64,000 nt of DNA, taken from contig JARFYF010000056.1 in assembly GCA_030265395.1 (NCBI GenBank), positions 20,292,119 to 20,356,118 on the forward strand, written 5' to 3'. Below, in pieces: positions 1 to 13,845 of this stretch. How positions within the stretch are numbered: the stretch's first letter is position 1; every line of letters begins with the position of its first letter. Position numbers and translations under genes: made by a program. The stretch is from Rhina ancylostomus (Eukaryota). Below the pieces are notes generated by a model, which did not search any database, had not been told where the DNA came from, and was given only the letters and a program-made list of their open reading frames with translations.

Positions 1-849
1 TTGTAAGAAACAGGCACACCAGGCTATTATAGTCAAAAGTGGAAACACTTGCAGTCCTTCAAGTAAGCGTTGCACTAATGATATAAAAGGACTGAGGGAA
101 TAAATACACCTCAGGCTTTTTACGTTTGCTGTGGGGCTACCTTTACTATATTGGAATAATGATTTCTCCTCATGCAGAGCTGGCAATCCAGTCAAAACAG
201 CCTGCCTAGTCTCAAATGTTCTGGAAGATGACCCATTCACAGATGACTGTGTATTCCCTTGGACTATATCAGGCATAATTCCCAGAAATTGCTCTTCCTA
301 TTTTGGAGTATTCTGCCTGCCAAGTTGCAGAATACCTTCACTTTTGAGCCAATCACTAGGTTTCTACTCAGAGAACTCAACAAGGTGTGAACCAATTCTT
401 GATAATTTTCGGACTCTTTTTTGGAGCAGGATGCATTCAGTTGCAAACTGGGATATTTCGAATTTTTGCACTTTTCATTTACACCACGATACCCAATCGT
501 GAAGAACATGCAGCATACGAAATCTCTGCTCAGTGCTAATTCACAATACTACCATTTTAATTTTAATTTTTTTGCGTGATCATACATTACTTTTGCAACA
601 GAAGAAATGCCACATCTGTAGCCTGGATCATTTTAAGTGCAGTTGGTAGCACTTACTATTGGCAATGAGTTAGGACACTTTGCCCAGTAGTTTCCTACAA
701 ACAATGTAAGAGATCTGAAAACAAAGCCAGTTGTTGGTACATTTACTGTTACACCTGAAATTTGAATAACTGCAGCATGCAGGGAAGGCAGAGATAGACA
801 GCTCAATAATATGATCAGTTAAATTTGTCAGGTGTGTCTCATTGTTTAC

Positions 850-1302
850 AGTCATACAGTCATAAAGTAAAGAAACAGGCTCTTTGGCCTACATTATCAA
901 TGTCAACCAAAATGCCATCTAAGCTTGTCCATTTGCCCCTGTTTGCCCCATACCCCTTTCAGCCTTTCCTGTTCATGTACCACTCCAAGTGTCTTTCAAA
1001 TGTAGTTATTGTATCTCCTCAACCACTTCCTCTGGCAGCTCATTCCATATATGCACCACCTCTGTGTGAAGAAGTTGCCCCTGGGGTCCCCTTTCAATCT
1101 TTCCCCTCTCACCTTTATCCTATGCCCTCTAGTTTTTGATTCCTTCTTCCTGGGAAAGAGCCTGTATGCATTCATCCTATCTATGCCCCTTATGCTTTTA
1201 TACGCCTCTGTAAGGTCACTCCTCAGTCTACAAGGAATAAGGTCCAACCTCTCCCTATCATTCAGGCACTCGAGTCCTGGCAACATTCTCATAAATCTTC
1301 TT
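850..1302 (-). mobile_element. CR1 LINE, 5'-truncated 3' end
   Basis: ORF 996-1292 (RLRSDLTEAYKSIRGIDRM...KTRGHRIKVRGERLKGDPRGNFFTQR) is the CR1 ORF2 C-terminus, followed by a CR1-type 3' tail. Confidence 0.88.
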
Positions 1303-1315
1303 TAACTTCTTAAAT

Positions 1316-1625
1316 TCAGAAGGCTTTGGTTCCAAATCTGACTCTGGAGACCTGAACATTAACTGCCATTGTGTTGGATTACTGCTGTTTCTATCTTTCA
1401 GATGAGACTTTAACTAAAGTCTATGCTTACAAGTAAATGTAAAAGATTCCTATTCAAGAAAGGGTAAGTAGCTGTTCAGACCCAAATCTGTTTGTGAAAA
1501 CAATACCAAAATGAAAGACAAACTCATCATTATTATATTGATGTTTGTAGTTTCTTGTTATGCATAAAGTGTCCCATCACAGTACAATATAAATAATCAA
1601 AACAGTAAATGCACTTCAAAATTTA
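1316..1625 (+). mobile_element. Deu-domain SINE (SacSINE1-like), decayed
   Basis: tctttcagatgagactttaac...gtaaaagattcc...ttgatgtttgt...cacttcaaa resembles the Deu-SINE core and body as recalled. Confidence 0.6.
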
Positions 1626-1914
1626 TAACAAAAGGACATCCACTAGGATTCTTTAACTGAATCATGAAATATTCTCAGACCACTTAGCAACTAACTGCCT
1701 TAACAATTGTTTGACATAATTTCTTGCTAAAGAAAGGATTCAGCCTTAAGTTACTTCTGTGGGGAGAGAGGGTGGAAGAAAGAAAGAGGTCTGAACTCAC
1801 GTGACTAAATCTCTTTGTGTGCAGTGTTAGATAGGTGTAGTTGTATCATGCGAGAAGGCTTTTTAAAAAATATTGATCTATGATTTTCAGTAGTAAGCAG
1901 TAATTTCAGTCACA

Positions 1915-1990
1915 TAAACAGAAAATGCTTGGAATACTCAGCAGGTCAGGCAGTTGAAGAGACAGAAAGAAGAGCTTAATATTTCAGAGA
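1915..1990 (-). mobile_element. Penelope-derived short terminal repeat fragment
   Basis: cagaaaatgcttggaatactcagcaggtcaggcag...; same family as copies at 6476, 28197, 41225, 44570, 56135, 57305 and 58216. Confidence 0.55.
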
Positions 1991-3429
1991 CACTTATTTC
2001 ACAATTCCATCTGGATCAGTACATGAAGAGGAAATGGTTTAACTAAACATCAGAAAAGGCTGGTAAAAATTCAACAGTGCCATACTGGTCCACAGAACAA
2101 AATCCACGCAAGCTCTGCTCCTCAGCACAACCAAAACTGCCAGCTCTCTCCCCACACCCCACTTTGCACCTCCTAATTGATGCAGTGCTCCAATTCTATA
2201 TTACTCATTCTCCCTGCCCATGCTTACAACGAGGGGAGTTGACTAAAAGGGAAAGATTTTAACAAAAAGGAACACTGGATCAATAATGTTAGTATATGGG
2301 AGTTTCTCCACTCCACAATAGTCCACAGTTATGGTACATTAAAATGCTATATTTTTGGATCTAATACATTTGACGAGGAATTGCTTGATGTTAAATGTGT
2401 CACAAAAATATGCTTTGTTGTAATTGCATCTGACACTTAAATACTATTTCAATTTTGCCTTTGCTGGATTTGCTCACCTTCAGTGTCGAGAATTTTTAAT
2501 TTGATGATGTAATGTTGTTGGAATTATTATGGATTGTATTGAATCAGCACCAGGTACTCAAAGTTTGAGTAAAGGAGCAGGTATTCTTCAAACAACCAAA
2601 ATAAAAACTGACTGAAGAAAATTAAGTCACCTTTGAGTATACTAATTTGAAGAACAAGTAGCTGTTTTGAGGTGAACAGGGTTTCTGCAGTCAACATTGC
2701 ATTACAAATAAGTTATCAATTCTCTTTCAAATCATTAAAATTCATCAGCAAAAAAACCTGGGGAAACGTTTAGTGCACCAATGATGATCTCAGAGTGAAG
2801 CCTTTCTCTGACAATTAGTGAGACAGACTCATCATTTATGCAAAGTTTGATTCAAATTTAGCTGCATTCAGTTGTGGAGCAGAAACTCAATAATGGGAAT
2901 GAAAGCAAAACAGTCAGTCAAAATGCTTATGCATTCAGTATCTAATTTAGCGTTATTCCATGAGCCAATAAAGGTTACATCATTAATTATCTCTAGTTTG
3001 TTTCTGGGAACTGATCAAATTTTATTTCATAATATTAGGTTTATAATATTAAGACTTCCATTTTGTTGAAAGAATTATCTTCTGATATTGCTGAAATTAT
3101 GTGCTGAAATTGCTCATTATGTGCAAAATTCAACACAAAAATGACCATTCCGATATGGTGTCTTTACCATGTGNNNNNNNNNNNNNNNNNNNNNNNNNNN
3201 NNNNNNNNNNNNNNNNNNNNNNNNNNNNNNNNNNNNNNNNNNNNNNNNNNNNNNNNNNNNNNNNNNNNNNNNNCATCTCTCATTTCAGGTTCTGGCGCAT
3301 GTCCATTTGATGTCCATACCCCCAAAAAGTTTATAGAATAGGCAGATTGTTAGGCTGAACCCCAATCCTAATACCAGAATATTCTTCCAAAACTCTAGAC
3401 AACAGAACATTTGTTCAATAGTGGGAAGG

Positions 3430-4220
3430 ATCTTCATTAGTGCTATTAAAAAAGATTTGTTTGAGTGCAATATATCCAAGTTCACTGGTAATGCCAAGTG
3501 GGGTGTCAGTTTGGGCTTTGAGGAGATTGCAGAGTGGCTTTGGGGAGATGTGGAGAAGTTGAGTGAATTCATAAGGACATGACAAACAGAATATAATGTG
3601 GAACAAAAAACATAACATCATTTACTTAAGTTTAAAAAAAAACAAAGTTGGAATAACTTTACAAATGGTGAAAGATTGAAAGGTGTTGGTGCCCTTGTAA
3701 ATAAATAATTGAAAGCTAACATGCAGGTTCAACAGGGAAATAGGAAAGCAAATGATATGTTGGCCTTTTTTGGTCAAGGATTTGAGTACAAGAGCGAAGG
3801 TATCTAACTACAATTGTATCAGGCCCTGGTGAGGCTGCACCTGGAATAGTGTGTTGAGGTGTATATCCCTTTATCCCTGTATACAGGCGTGTATCCCTTT
3901 CTAACGAAGGATATATTTGTGACAGAGGGAGTACAAATCAGAGAGAATCAAAATCAAGTGGCAGCCATTCAAGACAGAGATGAGAAGAAATTTTTTCATC
4001 CAGAGATTGTGAATCTTTGGAGATTCCCACCCAAGAGGGCCAGGGAGACTCAGTTGTTGAATATATTCAAGAAACTGATAGATTTTTAGATACTCAGTGC
4101 ATCAAAGGTTATGGGGTTAGACTAGAAAGTAGTGCTGAAGTGAGAGGTCAGTTTTGATCTCATTGAATGGTGGAATAGGCTTAAGAGGTCAAACAATATA
4201 CTCCTGCTTTTAGATCTTAA
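3430..4220 (+). mobile_element. CR1 LINE 3' portion, decayed
   Basis: Degenerate ISKF/RT C-terminus, gccctggtgaggctgcacctggaatag (ALVRxHLEY-like), KKFFHPEIVNLW, and tail ...ggcttaagagg...ctcctgct. Confidence 0.8.
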
Positions 4221-6475
4221 TTGTGTGCAGCTTCTAAGATCTATTTTATCTCAATATAAACTGTATTCTTATCTTGGCAACGCTGAATTAACCCTGTGAA
4301 CTGTAAATTTCCAACTCCCTGACTTTCCAGTACTGAGTTAGGCTCCTTTGTTGATTTATTGCAATCATTGTAAGAAAAACAAGTTCAGACTTTGCACATT
4401 AGCTTCATATCTGGCTTCATACATGAAAATACTTGAGGAACTATGCAAAGCTTCTTGTGACTGAAAAAAAAATTGAAAAGATATATGAATGATCTGGCTG
4501 ATAATAGTCCAAATAAACAGTACTCTGTATAAGAAAATACACTTGCTGTTTGAATTTCTACAATACTTTCTGCTCGAATATCTCTGGGACCTCCTCAGCT
4601 TTCCATGACCTTTCACAAATTAACAATGGCCTCTAATTTCCAGATTTATGTACATTTTTCATCATAATGGCATACATTCAAAGAGTTTATTTTGATATTT
4701 AAGTGTTAATATCACTTCTACCACTCACAATTAGTGGCAGAGTTACGATGTGCAAGGATGTGCCAGTTTACAGCCCCTGGCATCAGCATTGTAGAGTAGG
4801 GGGGGGTTCTGTGATTGGCGATATGGCTATAAGAATCACACATGCACCATCAATAGGGATCATCTGTGGCATCTCCCCAATCTAACCAAGTCAGTTTGGG
4901 TTTGCCTACTCCAAGAAAGTTCTTTGCAAGGGTGTTACATCAAAACCTTACTCAAATATTTTCATTGGCCTCTATCTTCAGGGCTCCAGAAAGGAATGGC
5001 AGCAGTCCAAAACTAGGCCTTCAAAGACCAGAGCCATCTCTGGTCATCCTCCAAATCCACAGTGAGTCTCTTCACCAGAAATTAACAATCTTCCACTGGC
5101 CTATTCCAGACACTGGGCATAAACTGCATAAACTTCATCAGCAAAGGCAAAGAACCTCTCCAAGTAAATGTGTCAGGTTAAGTAGTTTACTTATGTCTGG
5201 CATATCTATTGTTGAATGGATGAATTTGCATCTGAGTATTGATTTAGTGTTAGGTTTTGTTTTGTCATTGTGGTCAAGAGAAAGTTGTGAGAAATAAAGG
5301 AACAGTAAGATGGGATCGACTTGGAATAAAGAATTGGGGTTAGAACTGGAACTGGGATTTGTTTTGTCCTTGTGTTGCACAACTTGGCCTGAAAANNNNN
5401 NNNNNNNCTCGATCAGGACCTGCCTCATCCTCCTCACCAATTACTGGCCAGAGCTGAGCTTGCATTAACTCAATGGTTGTAGGGCATACAGAAGGCCACA
5501 ACCAACAAGTCTGCTAAATGCTGCAATGCTCCCTTTGATCTGACCAGTAGAATTATAGCCCAAGCACACCAATATTTTGCCATATCAGACTGTGATTGTC
5601 AGTATGGCATTTGTTGTACACGCATTACCCTTGTAAGTGGCTTGCGGACTTAAGTCTAAAGTCATATTTTAAGAATATGGCTATTAGCAGCAAGAACCCC
5701 TTTGATTTTGCATGGTTTGTCAAATATGAGTATCAAGTGTACTGACTGCTTCATGGACAGTGGTTATTGCAATGCATCTTGCATAATAACATATGGGCAG
5801 AATATCCAGAGAGTGAAGTAGATTTGTTGTGGTATTTCTTGAAGCTTCAAAGTGCCACCCATAATATGGTGTGACAGCACCTGTGACACCTAAGTGGCTG
5901 CAGCAATACCTTGGAGGATGATTACAGACAGCTCTGAGCTTTGGCCCAGACTTGGAATGTAATCCTAACAATGCCGTGGACTTGCCTCAATAGCCAAGGG
6001 AGAATGAGGTGAACTCAGCTCTCTGGGAAGAGAAAGTCTGTGATATCCCGAATGCAACAGTGCACTGCAGTGTAGGGAACGTTGCAACTANNNNNNNNNN
6101 NNNNNNNNNNNNNNNNNNNNNNNNNNNNNNNNNNNNNNNNNNNNNNNNNNNNNNNNNNNNNNNNNNNNNNNNNNNNNNNNNNNNNNNNNNNNNNNNNNNN
6201 NNNNNNNNNNNNNNNNNNNNNNNNNNNNNNNNNNNNNNNNNNNNNNNNNNNNNNNNNNNNNNNNTTGCTGGCCCTGCTTCTCTCATCCTTTATCTTTTCT
6301 GACAGTTTGTTCTGCTCCACGTGCTGTCTCTTCTTTCTACCCATCATACTGCTCTCCCAAGGGAATGACACCTCAGGCATCCACATCTGAAATTCGGAAA
6401 ATCTTTGCAGGTAAATTCCTTGCTTCTGAAACACCACTTCCTGTAAACTTCATAAAATGTGACAAGACCTGGAGA

Positions 6476-6575
6476 AACACACAAAATGCTGGAGGAACTC
6501 AGCAGGTCAGGTAGCATCTATTGGAGGGAAATGAACAATCGGCGGTTTTGGCCAAGACCCTTCATCAGACCTGGA
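6476..6575 (-). mobile_element. Penelope-derived short repeat with decayed hammerhead core
   Basis: aaaatgctggaggaactcagcaggtcagg...gacccttcatcag; minus strand has CTGATGA-agggtc... Confidence 0.7.
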
Positions 6576-9500
6576 GATATGTCTGATTCCTAAACTGTAT
6601 GCACATGATCCCATCTAACTGTTCAGGAGTCTGATGGGGAAGGGAAGGGGTTGCAGCTTATTCCTGCTGTTAAACCATGGATCCCTCTTGCAAGTTGAAT
6701 AGATGATGACAGCTAGCTACATCAATGGGGTCCAGCTTGGTAGCATTGATGTCAATTCAATTTTGTCCATTCATTGATATAACAATCTGCCTACTCTGTC
6801 TATAGCTGGCGTCCAAGAGCAATGCACAGCTAGTATCCTTTTCAGAAGAGCGGTCACCATGACTCAAGCAGCAAATGAATGCAAATACATGTCAAGTGGA
6901 CATCCAAAAAACTGAGCCAAATGTTGTAGTTAATGGATGACATCAAAGTTCTGGACAAGGTGCAACAACTGGTAAACAGAACAATACCCAAATAATAGGA
7001 GCTTTTATAATTAAGACTATACGCTCCAAGAATTACGTCTATTTGTTTTTTGGAAACAAGAGCTTGGCAACAATATGATTTCAGTTTTTAGAATAACAGA
7101 AGATTTCGCCACTGTCAGATTGGATGGGTTAGTTGATATGGATAGGGGATGGCAGCCGAAGACTGCATGCATATAAAAGATGGTTAGGTAAGGTGCCAGG
7201 AAGTATTTGTTTTCAGAATCATTGGCTTCTGGGCCACTTGCAGGGTATGGATTCTCTGTAGTCCTTTAAAAGAGGATTTGGAAGCAAGCATTCCCAGTTG
7301 GAAAGGAAAGCAAGCATGTTATTCAGCTGTAATTGTGAGTTATGACTGAGCTTTAGATCATCCATCCCAATATCTTCCTATGTTGTTCAATATAGACACT
7401 TCGATGATGGTCCTGTGAACCACTTTGTAGTGTTTAGCTTCACTGACGGTGTTGTAGAANNNNNNNNNNNNNNNNNNNNNNNNNNNNNNNNNNNNNNNNN
7501 NNNNNNNNNNNNNNNNNNNNNNNNNNNNNNNNNNNNNNNNNNNNNNNNNNNNNNNNNNNNNNNNNNNNNNNNNNNNNNNNNNNNNNNNNNNNNNNNNNNN
7601 NNNNNCCAGCATCTGCAGTCTCTCTTGCATCCCCAACAAGCTTCTCTTGACCAGTTTATGGAATCAGAGAGGGGATTTCCAGGAATTGTTCCTACATTCA
7701 ATGGAGTACTTTTTCCTATAGATTTTAGAACTTGGCTGGCTGGAGGAAGAGTGGGGTTAAGGCTAAAAGGTGGGGAGAGATAGGGAATAGTGGGTACAGA
7801 AAGGTGATATTTACTGACACCTGAGGAGGTGCCATAATAACCTTTTGCCATTTTTCTGTCTGTTCGTATGCAAGTGAGGTTCATCAGATTAATAATAACT
7901 TCAGTACAGAGCAGGGGCATTAGTTTACACAAGGGAAAACTTGGACCAGGCTCACTGCAAAACTTGCAGCTTTGAATGTTGGTTGATTCTGTGTATGGAA
8001 CAGAGAAGTGCAGGATGGATCCTATATGCTATTTTGACTGTTGTTGGACACCTTTCATTGCCTTTAACTTAATTTCAGAGCTAAATGACGTTCTCTTGGT
8101 GATGTATTTTAATTTTAATCGTCCTTATTATTTAATTCCACCAAAGATTCCTTTCCTGTTTGCTCTTAGTTCTGAGAGGATTTTGCAATGTACATTTTAT
8201 GAAGTTCATCTTGTATAATTGCAAAATGAACTAGATTGTTTTACTTTAGAGAGAATACAGAAAAGGGGAGACACAAGTCTGTTTTTCTCTGTGTTACAAT
8301 ATTCTGTATTCCATCCTGGGCCTCAGGTACCTGTTAGACGAGGTTTCACTCCAATCATTTGGAGTTCCAAAATAAGAGAGTTCTTCTTCAGCATTCTCAG
8401 CATGTACATTACTTTCAACTTCAACTACTCTGTAACAATTCTGATGAATGGACTGACTTTGATTCAGGTAGGCTATATTTTACATTGGAACAATACTGGA
8501 CTGACTGGAGTCAGCCACAGTTGTTGGTCAAAGGAAACCCAATAATCTGAGAGTGAGATTTCTGGAACTTCTCTGTAAAACCAGAGAGTCAAAAATGTTT
8601 TGCTTAAATTCCCAGTGGAAGAACTTCATACTGAATTCAGATAACATTTTTTTGTGTGTCTGTAGCTTCCCCTCCTGATCTTTCAACGGGATTTAGCCAA
8701 AATCTACAAAAATGTTTCCAAATAAGTGACTGTGATAATGCCTAAGCACCCAATCCATGCCAAATTAACTTTGTTGTTGCAGAACATGAAGTTCAGTGAC
8801 AGCCTGAAGCAATTGGGGGATTGTATCCTTTGTAAGTGCATGTTGTTGTTATTGTTTGTAAAATGGTTGACTTGATGTTTGATAGCCCCAGTGAGAAACT
8901 GAATTACTTAATGACTTCAGAGACTTTCCCCTGAGCAATACTATCGACTTTATTAAAATATCTGAGAGATATGATACTCTAAACTCCTGTTTTGTCGTTT
9001 AAAACAAAGTGCCTGTATTTCAAAAGTGCTTCGTTAACCTTTGGGACATCTAAATAACTTGAAAGTTACTAAGAAATGGAAATGTTTTGTTTACTGTGAA
9101 CTTAGGTGAAAAAAAATTTGCTTTAAGGCACTGCAGATTTCACATTTCTGAATTTTGACTCCGTCACTAACTACATCTGAAACTGTGTCCACCTTAAAGC
9201 AACAAACCAGTTGAAAACACGGAGAATGGGTAGGGCACTAAGAATGCATGCCTGAGATGATATTCAGTCAAAGGTTAGGCTTGCTGGAAATCACTAGGTT
9301 TTCAGAAAGTTGGATAAATCAAACACTCAGCTGGTCTGCATCCAGATTCTGAGATGAGACACAGAAGTGAAAGAAATGAGTGCGGATGGAGTGGGGAAGA
9401 TTTCATGAGGGGTTTAGGGTGTGTTTATGGGTGGGTTGGCTCCAGATCAATGTGAACATGCATACAAAGTAAGCTTGAATGACTTATGATCTCATTACAG

Positions 9501-9894
9501 GCTACTAATTAGACCACAGCAAGTCAACCAAAAATGGCAAATGGGTATCAGTGGGGTCATTTGAGGAATCTACTATCTGTGGTGGAGGCTGCCAATCAAT
9601 AATAGACGATCAGAAGATGTTAGCTTCCAAATTCATCCTGATGTACATGCACTTTGCAACCAGAAACTGGAAACCATGCTGGCTAATTTCTCTATTTTTG
9701 TGTCTATTTTCTCCCAGTGGTTACATGAAGATGGTTATTCTATCTGAATGTCCTCAACACAATGTTTCATTAGATAAATTTCTATCCGACTGCACTGAAT
9801 GCTTTTGTGGTTTTAATTCTAAGATTGATTGTCTATGTACAAGTCACTAATGCCATGTTTGATCTGAATCAGAGATGCTTTAATCATTTTGTGA

Positions 9895-10252
9895 TAGGTC
9901 ATCTTACTGTCACGTGTATGATTCTAAGAGGGAATAACATATTAGACACTGTGAACTTGCTTCCTCAGGTGGGAGATTCTGGAACAAGGCGATATGTTCT
10001 CAGAAGAAGTGATTGGCTGAGATGGTAGTTTTTTTCAGAAGGTTGTATATTCCTGGATTTTCCTATTCAGAGGGTCGTGGGTGCTTGGTCATTGCATCTA
10101 TTCAAATCTGAGACAAGTAGATTTTTAGACCAAGAGGTATGGGGATTGGGCTCGAAAGTGGATGAGACACAGGATCAGCCACGATTGTAATGAATGACAG
10201 AGCAGGCTTGAGGGGCCACATAACCTACTCCTGCTTCCATTTCAATATCTTA
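9895..10252 (+). mobile_element. CR1 LINE 3' end
   Basis: ILRGxxxLD...GDSGTR ORF2 end, then tail gatcagccacgatt...gagcaggcttgaggggcc...cctactcctgct. Confidence 0.78.
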
Positions 10253-11539
10253 CTGAGTGAATTGAAGAAGATCTTGATGGGATTTATTTACCTTTCAAAC
10301 TGAGTCTATTTTGATGCAAACCTTGTCGTTATTCTACTCATTCTGCTGCAAGAGTCATTCTGTCTGATGTGGTTGAGTACATAGAATTTACCATGATTTT
10401 ACAAATTCATTCTTCTTTGCCAGCATGTTTTTGGCTAATTTTATCCTCTAAACTCATTAACATTCATTCTCCTCCTTATTTTTAGGAAGGAAACACCAAC
10501 ATTTAGAGATAAATTTAACTTTGGAACAATACCTAAGAGCTTAGCTTGACAGCTTGTCATTATCATTTGCAATTCCCTCTTGAGCTTCGATCCAGAGATT
10601 TTGGATTTTGCTTCTGAAATTCTATCACATTCACAATTTACAGTTATTTCAAATGTTCTGGTTCACTGCTGTTCAATTTTAGTCAACTTCAGCTTAAGGA
10701 GTTGCTTAGCCTCTCATGCTTCATCTAATTTTCCGAAAATGCCTTTTGCAGTCTATCCATGGTTGAAAAGGTTAAGGATTGAAGTCAATTCTGATCAGAA
10801 AGTCTTCCTATTTGCCTTAATATGGTCATTCCTTTCACAGGTATGATGCACTTTGGAACCCGTCATAACTGGCAATTTACCATGGTATTGTAATTGAAAA
10901 CAGTTTATTCATTCATAAATTTATGGATATTTACAATTTTTAGTCACAACTTGTACATATATCATAAATTGCCTTATATGTCCAAGAACAAGTCTTGTGT
11001 GATTGATGTTTTGGATGCATACATGCCAAATTTGGTTGAAACACCATATTCTCCTCAGGGAGAAGGGAGAGAGGAGGAATTCAACAATTTAAGAAATAAG
11101 TTATAAATTATCAAAAGGTTATGTTTAACTGAATTAATTTGAACCAACAAAACTCAGGTGATCTCAGGTTTCAAAAACCTTTTAAATTCGTCTCCCATTT
11201 TGTGAGTACTACATCAATACCTTACAGGAAATAATTACCTGATTCTGGCATTTTTGAATAACTGAAACACGGTAACATTGTTTATAGTTAACCTCATTGA
11301 CTGTTCATCTGGCTGCAGTTCTTTTCAGAATACTTTTTCAACGGATGAGATTTTAAAAGGCTGCAAATTTGGTGATATAAATTTCTGTTATGTTCTCAAA
11401 CTATTGAATTCAATGCCTTACAGTTAATTTCATTTGCACTGTATTTCATTTGCATTTGAGTGTCAACATTTAAAATGGTGTTTTAAAATGCATTCAAGAA
11501 TAAAACTCAGGCTGACACACACAAGAATGAATTGAGTGA

Positions 11540-12090
11540 CAAGGGTTGAGCAATCTGATATTTGTTTTTCAGTAGGCTGAAGTACACAATAGAAGTAAGT
11601 CCCCAGTACAACACAAACGTGACAAGTTTGCTCACGATAGCTGCAAGGATGGAAAGTGTAGAAAGCAGCAGGATCATATGGTTTGCTCCAAATAAATTAA
11701 GGTTTAAGAATATTATCAGCAGGGTATGTAAAACAGGGGTGGTGTACTGCTAACCATTTTATTTTTACCTAGTTTGGTAATGTTTGGTGCAGGAAATGGA
11801 ATTCCAAGATGAAAAAAAATAATCCTTCCTTGGCAATAACATCATTGGGCAGAAAATGCAACGTTTGTTTTGAAAGAACCGAATGAATAAGGTTGGACCA
11901 GATTCTGTGTTTGTAATGGTGGCAAAACCGTAAGTGTTCTTGGTCATTACATTCTGAAACTGGCAGCAACACTTGGAGCACATTGAGTTTCTCCAGTTGA
12001 ACAATAGCATCCAACTGTTGTTATCATTGAGTGATAACCTGCTCCTCTGCTGTATGCAATGCCAAAGTCATCAAAAGTGAAAAATAATTG
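11540..12090 (-). mobile_element. Crypton-like (DUF3504 tyrosine recombinase) DNA transposon fossil
   Basis: Frameshifted minus-strand motifs in the expected order: RGAGYHSM, TKNTYG, PTLF...KRC, LFF, KLGKNKM, ANH...STL, QTCH, SI..F...QIAQPLS. Confidence 0.45.
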
Positions 12091-12489
12091 AAATCATTGA
12101 AATGATAGGAAGTTCAACATCTAACGCATTATCTTCATTGTGAAAACACTTAAAAAAAGGTAAGGCTTGTTGAATGAGATATAACTGAGTTTTTTTAACA
12201 TTATCTAAAGTTGTAAATTAGGGAAATTAATGATGTATAACCCCTTCGGCCCTGAAAAGCTAACATTCAATTTGTGGATTCTCAAATTTCTTCATTCTAT
12301 AATGTTAAAATAGATTGAATATGCTCAATTACTTGAAAACGATGCCTGTGCACGATGTTTCAGTTTTTACCTTAATTCTTGGGCATGTTAATATCTTGCA
12401 TGATTAAAAACTCATTTGTCAACAGGATTATTTAAAAATGAGAGTTCACTGGCTTTAATGAAAACAAATACCAGGAGAGGTGAACAATT

Positions 12490-13845
12490 GGCAGTTGATT
12501 AACTTATGTCCTCATCTGGGAAAAGGTGAATAGACCAGGGGACCTCAGGGATGCCATAATCATGGCTATCTTCCAAGAAGGGAGGCAAGTCCTACCATGG
12601 TATCTACAGATGGATCTCCCTTCTATCTGCCACAGGGACATTCATCTCCTGGGTCTTCATCATCCATTTCCTCCCAGTGGCCATGGAGGTGCTTCCAGAA
12701 TTGCAGTGAAAACTAGTTCATCCAGTGGCATAGTGGACATAGTGATCTTCACTACGTGACAACTCCAAGTGCATGGGGCAGCACCAACCCCTAGGCAAAC
12801 TGATAAAGCCTCTGACTCCATCATTCAAGTGAAACCTCCTCAAATTTGGTTGCCCACAGAAATTCATCACCATTTTAAATTCATTTCATGATGGTATGCA
12901 AGTCATAATCTATTCCAATGATGCATGCATTTTCCCATACTTGAGAGGCCAAGCTCTAAGCTATTGTTGACTCATCCATTGAAGCTTACAAGAGGATGGC
13001 CTTATACTCAACAGCTATAAGAAAGAAGCCACCTACCAACCTGTTCCTGTTGAATAGCATTGCCCCAGAACAACAGAGATTCTTGCTTAGGTCCCGGATA
13101 TATGGACCACTTTCTATATCAGGGGAGCCAATTCTTGGTGAAGGTAGACATTGATTAGAAATTTGCCATTGCCTTCCATGCACCAGCACAACTTTTGGCT
13201 GATTGAGGAAAAGAAAGTTTAAAGATCAAGGCCGCAGACCTGGTACAAAACTCATCGTCTATCGGATATCAATGATCACTCCCTTCCTATATGTTTCTGA
13301 CACCTGGGCAATCTCTAAGGAACCACTATAATCAACTCCACAAAATCCTCTGAGTTCACTAAAAGTTCACTAGAAAGACCACTGAAACAATATCAGTGTC
13401 CCCTCCCAAGTCACCTCCAGTTACAATATCCATTCCATTGCTCAGACCATATCTCTTGCATGCCCAACACAAGACTCCTGAAAAGGACACTCAGGTCCAA
13501 GCTCTGGCATGGTAAAAAATGACCAAGTGGGTAGAGGAAAAGATCCAAGCGTGTGCTCAAAAACTCCTTAAAAAGAATTGCAACATCTGCATTGACCGCT
13601 GGGACTCTCTGATCCATGAGCACTCAATGTGGACAAGAAACATTTGGAATAGTATTGAGTTGATGAGTCGGAAACATATTGAAATAAAAGGCAGAAGGAG
13701 CACGCTACCCCTCTGCACGTCCTGCCCCATCTGTGGAAGATTCTGTGATTCCCACATTGGCCTCACCAGCCACCTCAGAAACCACAAATCTGGAGTGGAA
13801 GCAAGTCATCCTTGATCCTGAGGGTCTCTCTAAGAAGCAGAAGGA
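12490..13845 (+). mobile_element. RTE-clade LINE, 5'-truncated and decayed
   Basis: PGDLRDAIIMAIF RT N-terminus, FGCPQKFI motif, and C-terminal CPICGRFCDSHIGLTSHLRNH zinc finger followed by a short tail. Confidence 0.85.

Noticed and set aside
131-509. 123-aa and 81-aa ORFs at the window start
   Set aside because: No recognisable protein or splice structure; only a faint resemblance to a Harbinger transposase C-terminus, too weak to call.
10580-10890. Possible THAP-like reading on minus
   Set aside because: Only isolated residues match; the C2CH signature cannot be assembled.
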